DNA of 64,000 bases from Candidatus Uhrbacteria bacterium (GTDB lineage Bacteria > Patescibacteriota > Patescibacteriia > JACQRZ01), in the NCBI GenBank assembly GCA_016206155.1, contig JACQSC010000004.1:147591-211590 (forward strand), written 5' to 3'. The notes beneath the pieces are model-generated. The model searched no databases. It was not told the DNA's origin and worked only from the letters and a program-made list of their open reading frames with translations. Shown piece by piece: positions 36,333 through 44,008 of this stretch; position 1 is the stretch's first letter; every line of letters starts with the position of its first letter. Both the position numbers and the translations under genes were made by a program.

Positions 36333-38915
36333 TTATTGAAGGAGAATGTTGAGGATCATACGCGCTTCACGCGTCCTCCCTTTTGTATCGGTACTTACGA
36401 CGCGCAGAGTTCTAAACCCATTATCAACACCCTGGAGCGTTGAGAAGAGCTCAAACGGGCTCTGGGTGATGACACCGAGAAGTTTGTTGTCAAGGTAGTA
36501 GGCCACAGAGGCAACACCGTCAGAAGACGAGGTTGTAACTGTTGCGTGAAGGAGGGACTCTGAAATTGTGTCGTTTTCGTGAGGAGATTCAATAGTGAGC
36601 GCAAGATCACCGGCATCCTGGATTGGGGGTGCTTTTTCTTGCACTAAAACGTCTGGTGATTCCTTAATGTTTTCGCGCTTTACCCAATCGCGCACTGATT
36701 GTTCCCATCGCGAAAATTGTGCATCCTGCTCGGGATGTTCTGGGATTGCGCCTCGAGGATCGTCCTTGTTCACATAGAAGAGCGTGTCGTGGATAGCCCT
36801 GCTTGTTCGCTCTTCGATCTCCTCGAAGGGATTTCCTTTCGCGGGAAGGCCGGTCCGCCTGTCAATGCGTATAATCATCTCTTGCCCGATCTGTCCATCA
36901 AGAATCCCCTTTCCCGTTGTGATGGGGAGCGGACGCGTGAAGGACTCTGCCGTATCGCGCGCAAGCGTTCTCCTCATGTAGCCATTCCAGATTGGTGCGG
37001 CAACCACCGAGCCGTCACTCCGCTTGTTCATAGACGAATTATCGTTATTGCCAACCCACACCCCCGTTACAATTGAGGGAGTGTATCCGACGGTCCATGC
37101 GTCGCGGAAGTCGTTCGTTGTTCCTGTTTTTACGGCGACTTCTCTTCCGGAAAGCGTAAGATAATTCTGTTTTCCAAAAATATATTCCCGCGCGCCGTTA
37201 TCAGAGATCATGTCGGTGATGTTCCTGGTGGTTTCCGGTTCGAGCGAGGTTTTTGTTTGTTTGTGCTGCGCTTCATGTAGAAGCGCTCCCTTCGAGTCGC
37301 GCACAGAGAGAATGGCGATTGGTTGTGCGCGTACGCCATCTTGCGCAAGGGCGGTATATGCGGCGACGTGTTCAAGCAGCATGACCTCGCCGCCGCCAAG
37401 GACAAGTGAGAGGCCAAAACGGCTTGGGTCGCGAAGCGTTGAATAGCCAAGATTTTCCGCGAGGCCCAGAACCGCGGGAAGACCCGCAAGATAGAGCACC
37501 TTTACCGCGGCGATGTTAAGTGAGCCGGCAAGCGCTTTTTTGAGCGTAACTGGACCATACTCTTTATTCGTATAATTTTGGGGGGTGTATGGTTTTTCTC
37601 CGGTGGTGTCAAAGTCTGTTTTAAGATCAAAAATAATCGTTGATGGCGTGTATCCCTTTTGCAGCGCCGCGGCGTAAACGATCGGCTTAAAGGAAGATCC
37701 GGGTTGGCGCGGACGAAGAACAACGTTGACGTTACCGTCGACGCTTTCATCAAAATAATCTTTTGATCCAACAAGCGCAAGGATGTCGCCAGTGCGCGCG
37801 TCGAGAGACACAAGCGCCGCATTCGAAGCGTTTTGCTTTGCGTTGCGCGCCGCTCCTTCTCGCACCTCCTCCTCGGCGACTTTTTGTTTTTCGTAATCAA
37901 GCGTTGTGATGACAGAGAGTCCCCCCTCTTCCACGAGCTTGTCGCCAAACAATGACGAAAGCTGTTCGCGTACCATCATGACAAAATGCGGGGCGCGGAT
38001 GCTGTTTGCCTGCGATCGAAATGCGAGTTTTTCTTCTTTTGCAAGCCGCGCCTCTTCCTCGGTGATGTATCCCTCCTCTGCCATTTGATCGATCACGGCG
38101 CGTTGGCGCGCAATGAGCTTGTCGCGATTGTTTCCCCATGGCGAATAGTAGGTGGGCGCCTTTGGGAGAACCGCCAATACAGCGCTTTCCGCAAGGTTGA
38201 GACGGCGTACGTCCTTGTCAAAATACATCCCGGCCGCCGCGCTGACGCCATAGGCGGTTGAGCCGTATGGAATTTCGTTAAGATAGAGCTGCAAGATTTG
38301 ATCTTTAGTAAATGACTGTTCAATGCGATAGGCAAGAATAAGCTCTTTGAATTTGCGAGCAATGGTTTTTTCGTTCGAGAGGAGCGCATTTTTAATAAGT
38401 TGTTGGGTAATCGTGGACCCTCCCTGCACCTTGCCGCCGCGAACAACATCCATGACAAGGGCGCGGACAATACCCTTCATGTCAAAGCCCCTATGTTGGT
38501 AAAAGCTGCGATCCTCGGCAACAACGGTTGCCTTTTTTAGCATGTCGGGAATTTCATTGAGCGTGACGAGCGTGCGCTGCTGGTCGCCGTGAAATTGAAA
38601 CAAGAGAACGTCGCCCGTGCGGTCGTATATTTTTGTGCTTTGGGGCAACGCGCGTTCAATCAGCCTGTTGGGGTTTGGGAGGTCGCGCGAGAACCAACCG
38701 ATAAGGGCAACAAACGCAAAAACTCCAAGGATAACAAGAACGACCGCCGCGCTTATGAGCGCCTTTATGCTAAAGCGTTTTTTGCGCGCCTGTTTTTGCG
38801 GGATAGCCGCCTTTTGTGGTTTGGCATAGGAGAGGCGCTTTTTTTTGAAGCGTGCCCGTTCGCGATGGTAGTCGTATGAGAGGCGCATAGGGGTTAGCAC
38901 ATAAACGCTCCGCAA
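36333..38915 (-). CDS. Penicillin-binding protein 1A (bifunctional glycosyltransferase/transpeptidase).
   Basis: GT51 motifs (RGFDMKGIVRALVMDVVRGGKVQGGSTITQQLIKN), the transpeptidase SSFKP motif and KTGTTND. It has an N-terminal cytoplasmic tail plus a TM segment. Confidence 0.85.
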   Translation of the reverse strand: MRSVYVLTPMRLSYDYHRERARFKKKRLSYAKPQKAAIPQKQARKKRFSIKALISAAVVLVILGVFAFVALIGWFSRDLPNPNRLIERALPQSTKIYDRTGDVLLFQFHGDQQRTLVTLNEIPDMLKKATVVAEDRSFYQHRGFDMKGIVRALVMDVVRGGKVQGGSTITQQLIKNALLSNEKTIARKFKELILAYRIEQSFTKDQILQLYLNEIPYGSTAYGVSAAAGMYFDKDVRRLNLAESAVLAVLPKAPTYYSPWGNNRDKLIARQRAVIDQMAEEGYITEEEARLAKEEKLAFRSQANSIRAPHFVMMVREQLSSLFGDKLVEEGGLSVITTLDYEKQKVAEEEVREGAARNAKQNASNAALVSLDARTGDILALVGSKDYFDESVDGNVNVVLRPRQPGSSFKPIVYAAALQKGYTPSTIIFDLKTDFDTTGEKPYTPQNYTNKEYGPVTLKKALAGSLNIAAVKVLYLAGLPAVLGLAENLGYSTLRDPSRFGLSLVLGGGEVMLLEHVAAYTALAQDGVRAQPIAILSVRDSKGALLHEAQHKQTKTSLEPETTRNITDMISDNGAREYIFGKQNYLTLSGREVAVKTGTTNDFRDAWTVGYTPSIVTGVWVGNNDNSSMNKRSDGSVVAAPIWNGYMRRTLARDTAESFTRPLPITTGKGILDGQIGQEMIIRIDRRTGLPAKGNPFEEIEERTSRAIHDTLFYVNKDDPRGAIPEHPEQDAQFSRWEQSVRDWVKRENIKESPDVLVQEKAPPIQDAGDLALTIESPHENDTISESLLHATVTTSSSDGVASVAYYLDNKLLGVITQSPFELFSTLQGVDNGFRTLRVVSTDTKGRTREARMILNILLQ

Positions 38916-39367
38916 TAGGCAATTGCAAGCGCGTCGGCAGCATCGTCTTGCCGCGGAAGAGAAGGAAGATTGAGAAGAAGTTTCATCATGTGTTGCACTT
39001 GTCGCTTTTCAGCCTTTCCGTACCCCGTTACAGCGAGTTTTACTTGGAGTGGCGTGCATTCAATAATCGGAAGGCCGGAAAGGGCTGCGGCGAGGAGAAT
39101 CACTCCCCGGGCCTGAGACACGTCGATTGCTGTTTTTGTATTTTTTTCAAAAAAAAGCTTTTCAATGGCTATGCGTGATGGCTGATACGTTGCAACAAAC
39201 TCAATCACTTTTTCGTAAATCAACATCAATCGTTTCGGAAAGGATAAGCCGCTCGGTGTGGTAAAACAGCCATAATCAAGCGCGCGCACATCTCCCCCCT
39301 TAACACGAACAATGCCATATCCAATGGATCCAAACCCGGGATCGATTCCAAGCACCACCAACCCCAT
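38894..39367 (-). CDS. ruvC: Holliday junction resolvase RuvC.
   Basis: MGLVVLGIDPGFGSIGYGIV N-terminus with catalytic D. The track ORF is over-extended upstream. Confidence 0.85.
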   Translation of the reverse strand: MGLVVLGIDPGFGSIGYGIVRVKGGDVRALDYGCFTTPSGLSFPKRLMLIYEKVIEFVATYQPSRIAIEKLFFEKNTKTAIDVSQARGVILLAAALSGLPIIECTPLQVKLAVTGYGKAEKRQVQHMMKLLLNLPSLPRQDDAADALAIAYCGAFMC

Positions 39368-39443
39368 TTTGTCATTCCGGTCCATCTGGGGCACTCGGGA
39401 TAAACTCCGGGCGGGATCCGGACCATAAAAATGTTTTTTCATT

Positions 39444-40157
39444 CTACGCAAGATTTGAAGACACGCTCACAACATCAGGCATCCCTTCAAGGACTTCAAC
39501 AAGTTTTTCAATCTTTTCTTGTTGGTCGGGAGGGAGCGTCACGCGTTCTTTTGGCGCGAGATCGATTTCCGCAAACACGAGAGTGGCGCCAATTCCCTCA
39601 AGATATTCCTTGATTGATTGAAATTGTTCCGGTGTGGTGAGGATGGTGCACCCATCGTCATCTTTTATAATATCTTCTGCGCCGCGTTCAATCAAGGCAA
39701 GCTCATGTTCATCGGTACACACAGCGGCATCAATCCCAATACTGCCGCGGCGCTCAAACATCCACCGGACGCTGTTTGCGGCGCCGAGGTTGCCGCCGTG
39801 TTTTGAAAGTGCGTGCTTGATCTCCGACACGCTTCTATTGCGATTGTCGGTCAGTGTCTGAATAATGAGGGCAACGCCGCCGGGGCCAAAGCCCTCATAA
39901 GTGATCTCCTCAAGGGATTCGCCCGCAAGCTCGCCGGTTCCGCGCTTGATGGCGCGCTCAATATTCTCTTTTGGCATGTTGACGCCGCGGGCTTTATCGA
40001 TGGCGAGGCGCAGGGAAAAGTTTGTTTCTGGGTCACCGCCCTTTTCGCGCGCGGCAATGGTAATAACGTGCGCGACTTTAGTAAAGTTTACCGCACGCTT
40101 TGCGTCTACAACCGCCTTCGCCCGTTTTGTGGTTGCCCATTTAGAGTGACCAGACAT
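39444..40157 (-). CDS. yebC: YebC/PmpR family DNA-binding regulator.
   Basis: MSGHSKWATTKRAKAVVDAKR... hallmark N-terminus. Confidence 0.85.
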   Translation of the reverse strand: MSGHSKWATTKRAKAVVDAKRAVNFTKVAHVITIAAREKGGDPETNFSLRLAIDKARGVNMPKENIERAIKRGTGELAGESLEEITYEGFGPGGVALIIQTLTDNRNRSVSEIKHALSKHGGNLGAANSVRWMFERRGSIGIDAAVCTDEHELALIERGAEDIIKDDDGCTILTTPEQFQSIKEYLEGIGATLVFAEIDLAPKERVTLPPDQQEKIEKLVEVLEGMPDVVSVSSNLA

Positions 40158-40166
40158 AGGAGAGCA

Positions 40167-40195
40167 GGGGTTAGGGTAGAGGGTTTAGGGTTTAG
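40167..40195 (+). repeat. Telomere-like heptamer tandem GGGTTAG/GGGTTTAG x4 (C-strand on the yebC coding strand), directly 5' of the yebC ATG.
   Basis: GGGGTTAGGGTAGAGGGTTTAGGGTTTAG. Confidence 0.6.
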
Positions 40196-40317
40196 AAAAA
40201 AGCCAAAACCAAACATAACAGAATTGCTCTGCCCATGAATTCAGTATAGCACAAATTACCTCCTATTGCAAGACGGGGTTGTGGCAAATTGGTTGGCGTG
40301 ATAAGGTTGTTCTTATG

Positions 40318-41409
40318 AACATCGGAATCGTTGGCTTGCCCAACGTAGGAAAATCAACACTGTTTAAGGCGTTGACAAAAAAACAGGTCGATATTGCAAA
40401 CTATCCGTTCTGCACCATTGATCCCAATGTTGGTGTTGTGAAGGTGCCGGATGAACGGCTTGCACGATTGGCGGAACTCTCGCATTCGGCAAAGATTGTT
40501 CCGACGAGCATTGAATTTGTTGATATCGCCGGACTCGTAAAGGGTGCGTCTCAAGGAGAGGGGCTAGGCAACAAGTTTCTTTCACACATTCGCGAAGTGG
40601 ACGCGATTGCGCACGTTGTGCGCGTGTTCCATGACAAAAACATCATTCATGTTGCCGGCGAACCAAAGCCAATTGAAGACATCGATGTTATTAATCTTGA
40701 ACTGATCTTTGCCGACATGGCGACGCTTGAAAAGAGAATTGGCGCAACAAAGAGCCAGATGAAAAGCGGCAAAACGCGTATTCTCGAGGAGCAACTTTGT
40801 ATATACGAGAAGGTATATACATGCCTTGAGTCGGGTGCGCCAGCAAACAGGCTTGATCTTTCCGATGAGGAAAAAGAGACAACGCGCGACCTTCATCTTT
40901 TGACGCTCAAGCCATTTCTTTACGTGCTCAATGTTGACGAGGAAATGGGGTCTTGCTCAGTTTCCCGAAGGGAATCCGCGCCTGACCTCATTTCAGAGAT
41001 TGAGCAAAGACTCGCGGGCTATACAATCGTGGCGCTCTGCGCTCAAGCCGAGGCCGATATGGCCGACCTTTCGGACGAAGAGGTGCGCGAGCTTGGAATG
41101 AAGCGAACAGGCCTTGACACGTTTATTACCGTCGCTTACAAACTTCTAGACCTGATTACATTTTTGACAACCGGGCCGGACGAAACCCGTGCGTGGACCA
41201 TTCGTAACGGGACAAAGGCGCCGCAAGCGGCAGGCGTGATTCATACCGACTTTGAAAAAGGATTTATCCGTGCTGAAACAATTAACTGGAAAGACCTTGT
41301 CGACGCCGGCGGTGAAGTTGCCGCAAAAGAGAAGGGGCTTATCCGTCTTGAAGGGAAAGAATATATTGTTCGCGATGGCGACGTGATGGTCTTTCGGTTC
41401 AGCGTGTAA
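40318..41409 (+). CDS. ychF: Ribosome-binding ATPase YchF. It carries an in-frame insertion of the dispersed repeat (encoding EMGSCSVSRRESAPDLIS) at 40943-40993.
   Basis: MNIGIVGLPNVGKSTLF G1 motif, a C-terminal TGS domain, and an insertion between conserved blocks. Confidence 0.85.
   Translation, partial: NIGIVGLPNVGKSTLFKALTKKQVDIANYPFCTIDPNVGVVKVPDERLARLAELSHSAKIVPTSIEFVDIAGLVKGASQGEGLGNKFLSHIREVDAIAHVVRVFHDKNIIHVAGEPKPIEDIDVINLELIFADMATLEKRIGATKSQMKSGKTRILEEQLCIYEKVYTCLESGAPANRLDLSDEEKETTRDLHLLTLKPFLYVLNVDEEMGSCSVSRRESAPDLISEIEQRLAGYTIVALCAQAEADMADLSDEEVRELGMKRTGLDTFITVAYKLLDLITFLTTGPDETRAWTIRNGTKAPQAAGVIHTDFEKGFIRAETINWKDLVDAGGEVAAKEKGLIRLEGKEYIVRDGDVMVFRFSV
40943..40993 (+). repeat. 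Copy 6 of the dispersed palindromic element, in-frame inside ychF.
   Basis: AAATGGGGTCTTGCTCAGTTTCCCGAAGGGAATCCGCGCCTGACCTCATTT. Confidence 0.75.
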
Positions 41410-42706
41410 CTTTTTCAAACACAAACAATTCGCGGGCGACACGAGCATCGGGTCTGGAAATGACAAGAGAGCCGCGCTCGGTTACGCCCGAAAGAACGCG
41501 ACGCAGAGAGTCTGGAACCGTTACGTTTATAAAGCCTTGCTTCATCAGCGCGTTGAGGCAGGGAATATGTCGTTGCCGGGAGTCGGCCATCCAAACTGGG
41601 AAAACAATCACAACGCGACCCGCGCGCGCGAGCGCCTCGTGAAATGAGCGGAAGCTTTGAATATAGAGATCGCAGAGCGCATCAATTTCTTTTTCAGAAA
41701 CATGTTGGTGGCGCGCTGAAAGCGCTGGTCCCAGCGTTGGCTCAGTGACGATCGCACCGATTGAGCGCTTTGGAAAGCACGACGCGAGTTTTTGCGCGTC
41801 ACAGTGCTTTACGGATACGCAAACGGGGTCAGGCACAGATTTTGCAGCAGCAAAAACTGAGCCAGACCCCGTTTGAGCCAGACCCCATTTCTTAAGCCAC
41901 GAAATATTCTCTTTTGTCGCACCGACGTTCTTCTCATCAATATCGCTTCCTGATACATTGGTATATTCAAGCAGCAGCGCCTCCTGCAAGACAGTCCCAA
42001 GTCCACAAAACGGATCAAGAAGCGACGCATCTTTTTCGGCCCTCGCGAGATTAATCATGATGCGGGCAAGCTTTGGGGGGAGGAGGCCGGTTTTCATGTC
42101 TCGATGCGGACGGCCGTAATCACGGCGCGCATATTCTTCAAATTCCTGCACCGCGGCGGTGATGCCGATGTCGATCGTATCATTATCGATCAACAAAACG
42201 TATTCAACGTTCGGCTCTGTCACGAGATGATTTTTTTCAACAACAACCGATGACAGGGCTGTTGCGCCGTGCTGTGGAGCGACAAAACGCGCAGAAACGC
42301 CATGTTCCCGCAGACACTTTTTAAGAGCAATTCCTTCTCTCTGGATCCAAAGCGCGATGCGACGCGCTTCATTTCCCTTGAGCGGTTTTTGTGATACGCT
42401 GTATGCACTGACGCCAAAGGTTATTCGTTCGTGTGCGGCAGTCGATCGTCCCAAAAGATCGTTCGTGATATATGCGGCAGCGCAAGAAAAATCTTTTTTT
42501 GTTGAACCCATGACCCTGCCACCCTTTATGGCTCCGCCAAGACGATGGATGAGGGGCACAGTATCAAGAACACCATCAAAGGAAAATGGTATTGCCTCAC
42601 TTCCGGCGCGATCAAGAGCGAGCGACCCGCCGTTATGTGAGAGGACGGCGCATAACTCAAGTAATGAAAGTGAGGGAAGCCGTCCCGGAATAAGGAAGTA
42701 GTTCAT
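41399..42706 (-). CDS. THUMP-domain RNA methyltransferase (UPF0020/Trm11/RlmL-like). It carries an in-frame insertion of the dispersed repeat at 41824-41890.
   Basis: Class I SAM motif DPFCGLGTV. The internal segment KWGLAQTGSGSVFAAAKSVPDPV is encoded by the repeat. The start is probably the ATG at 42704-42706. Confidence 0.7.
   Translation of the reverse strand: MNYFLIPGRLPSLSLLELCAVLSHNGGSLALDRAGSEAIPFSFDGVLDTVPLIHRLGGAIKGGRVMGSTKKDFSCAAAYITNDLLGRSTAAHERITFGVSAYSVSQKPLKGNEARRIALWIQREGIALKKCLREHGVSARFVAPQHGATALSSVVVEKNHLVTEPNVEYVLLIDNDTIDIGITAAVQEFEEYARRDYGRPHRDMKTGLLPPKLARIMINLARAEKDASLLDPFCGLGTVLQEALLLEYTNVSGSDIDEKNVGATKENISWLKKWGLAQTGSGSVFAAAKSVPDPVCVSVKHCDAQKLASCFPKRSIGAIVTEPTLGPALSARHQHVSEKEIDALCDLYIQSFRSFHEALARAGRVVIVFPVWMADSRQRHIPCLNALMKQGFINVTVPDSLRRVLSGVTERGSLVISRPDARVARELFVFEKVTR
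41824..41890 (-). repeat. Copy 7 of the dispersed palindromic element (with a partial duplication), in-frame inside the methyltransferase gene.
   Basis: Reverse complement GGGGTCTGGCTCAAACGGGGTCTGGCTCAGTTTTTGCTGCTGCAAAATCTGTGCCTGACCCCG. Confidence 0.8.
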
Positions 42707-44008
42707 ATGTTTCAAGTGATCATTATTGTATGTGCGCTTGTCGGCTTTGCGTATGTTGCGTGGCGCAGTCGAGAGCAGGCTGTTGCTCTTATTGTCTTTG
42801 CGCTTCCGCTGTATCTGATGCGCTTTTCAATCTGGTCCGTTCCGTCAACGCTCCTTGAAGGAGCGATCCTCATTCTTTTTATCGTATGGGTATTGAAAAA
42901 AGGAGGGGTCAGCGGTGCTGTGCGTTGCATGCAAGACAGGATCAATGGTGCGCAGCGTGCGGAGCGCTTGCTCTATCTCTTTCTCTTTTTTCTTGTTCTC
43001 TCCGCAACGGTGAACATTGCGTTTTCTCCGGATATGCGGGCTGGCCTTGGCGTGTGGCGTGCGTACTTTGTGGAGCCGGCACTCTTTTTTATCGTTTTTC
43101 TTGACACCATGAGATCTGCCGAACAGGTTCGCCGCGCGATCTCCGCGAGCATCCTTTCAGGGGCGCCGATCGCGTTGTTGGCAGTATATCAAAAACTTAC
43201 CGGATGGAATATCCCCGCGCCATGGGATGTTGAGAGGCGGGTAACGAGTATCTACCCTTACCCCAATGCCGTTGGACTCTATTGTGCGCCGATCATATGG
43301 CTTGCCATAGGAAGAATACGAGAGTCAATCGGCGAGAAGAAAATTTTTCATGCATTTGGCATGGCGGGGACCGCTCTTCTTTTGGTTATTGCGTTGACAT
43401 TCTCTAAGACAGAGGCCGCCGTTGTGGCGCTTGCCGTTTCTTTTTTTGGGGTTGGCATGCTATGGAGCGTGCGTGCGCGTATCGTCACGCTTGGCATCGC
43501 GGCGGTCGGACTGTTGATTTTTTTCTTTGTTCCGATGGTGTCTGCACCCCTTACAGAAAAAATGCTCTTGAAGGATTGGTCTGGACAAGTACGGATAGCG
43601 ACCTGGACAGAAACGGTCGCGATGCTTAAAGACCATCCGTTCACCGGAGCGGGCTTGGCCGGATATCAGATGTCGCTTGAGCCGTACCACACGCATGAGT
43701 ATCTGGAAATTTTTCTCTATCCCCACAGCATCATCTTAAACTTTTGGAGCGAGACGGGACTGTATGGCGCTGTAAGCATCATGTTGGTTTTTGTAACACT
43801 TTTTGTCCTGTGCGCAAAAACGATCCGTAAAAAAAGGCACAGGGACACCATGATAGGCACGACCGCTTTTGCTATCGTCGCAGCGCTTGTGACAATCCTC
43901 GTCCACGGTCTTGTTGATGTGCCCTATTTTAAAAACGATTTGGCGATTTTTTTCTGGTTTCTTGCGGCAAGCGTTATTGCCCTTCATCGTCTGTCATATG
44001 AATCGTAG
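42707..44008 (+). CDS. O-antigen ligase/polymerase (Wzy_C)-like polytopic membrane protein.
   Basis: 433 aa with at least 10 TM segments and a large periplasmic loop. Family assignment is by topology only. Confidence 0.5.
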   Translation: MFQVIIIVCALVGFAYVAWRSREQAVALIVFALPLYLMRFSIWSVPSTLLEGAILILFIVWVLKKGGVSGAVRCMQDRINGAQRAERLLYLFLFFLVLSATVNIAFSPDMRAGLGVWRAYFVEPALFFIVFLDTMRSAEQVRRAISASILSGAPIALLAVYQKLTGWNIPAPWDVERRVTSIYPYPNAVGLYCAPIIWLAIGRIRESIGEKKIFHAFGMAGTALLLVIALTFSKTEAAVVALAVSFFGVGMLWSVRARIVTLGIAAVGLLIFFFVPMVSAPLTEKMLLKDWSGQVRIATWTETVAMLKDHPFTGAGLAGYQMSLEPYHTHEYLEIFLYPHSIILNFWSETGLYGAVSIMLVFVTLFVLCAKTIRKKRHRDTMIGTTAFAIVAALVTILVHGLVDVPYFKNDLAIFFWFLAASVIALHRLSYES

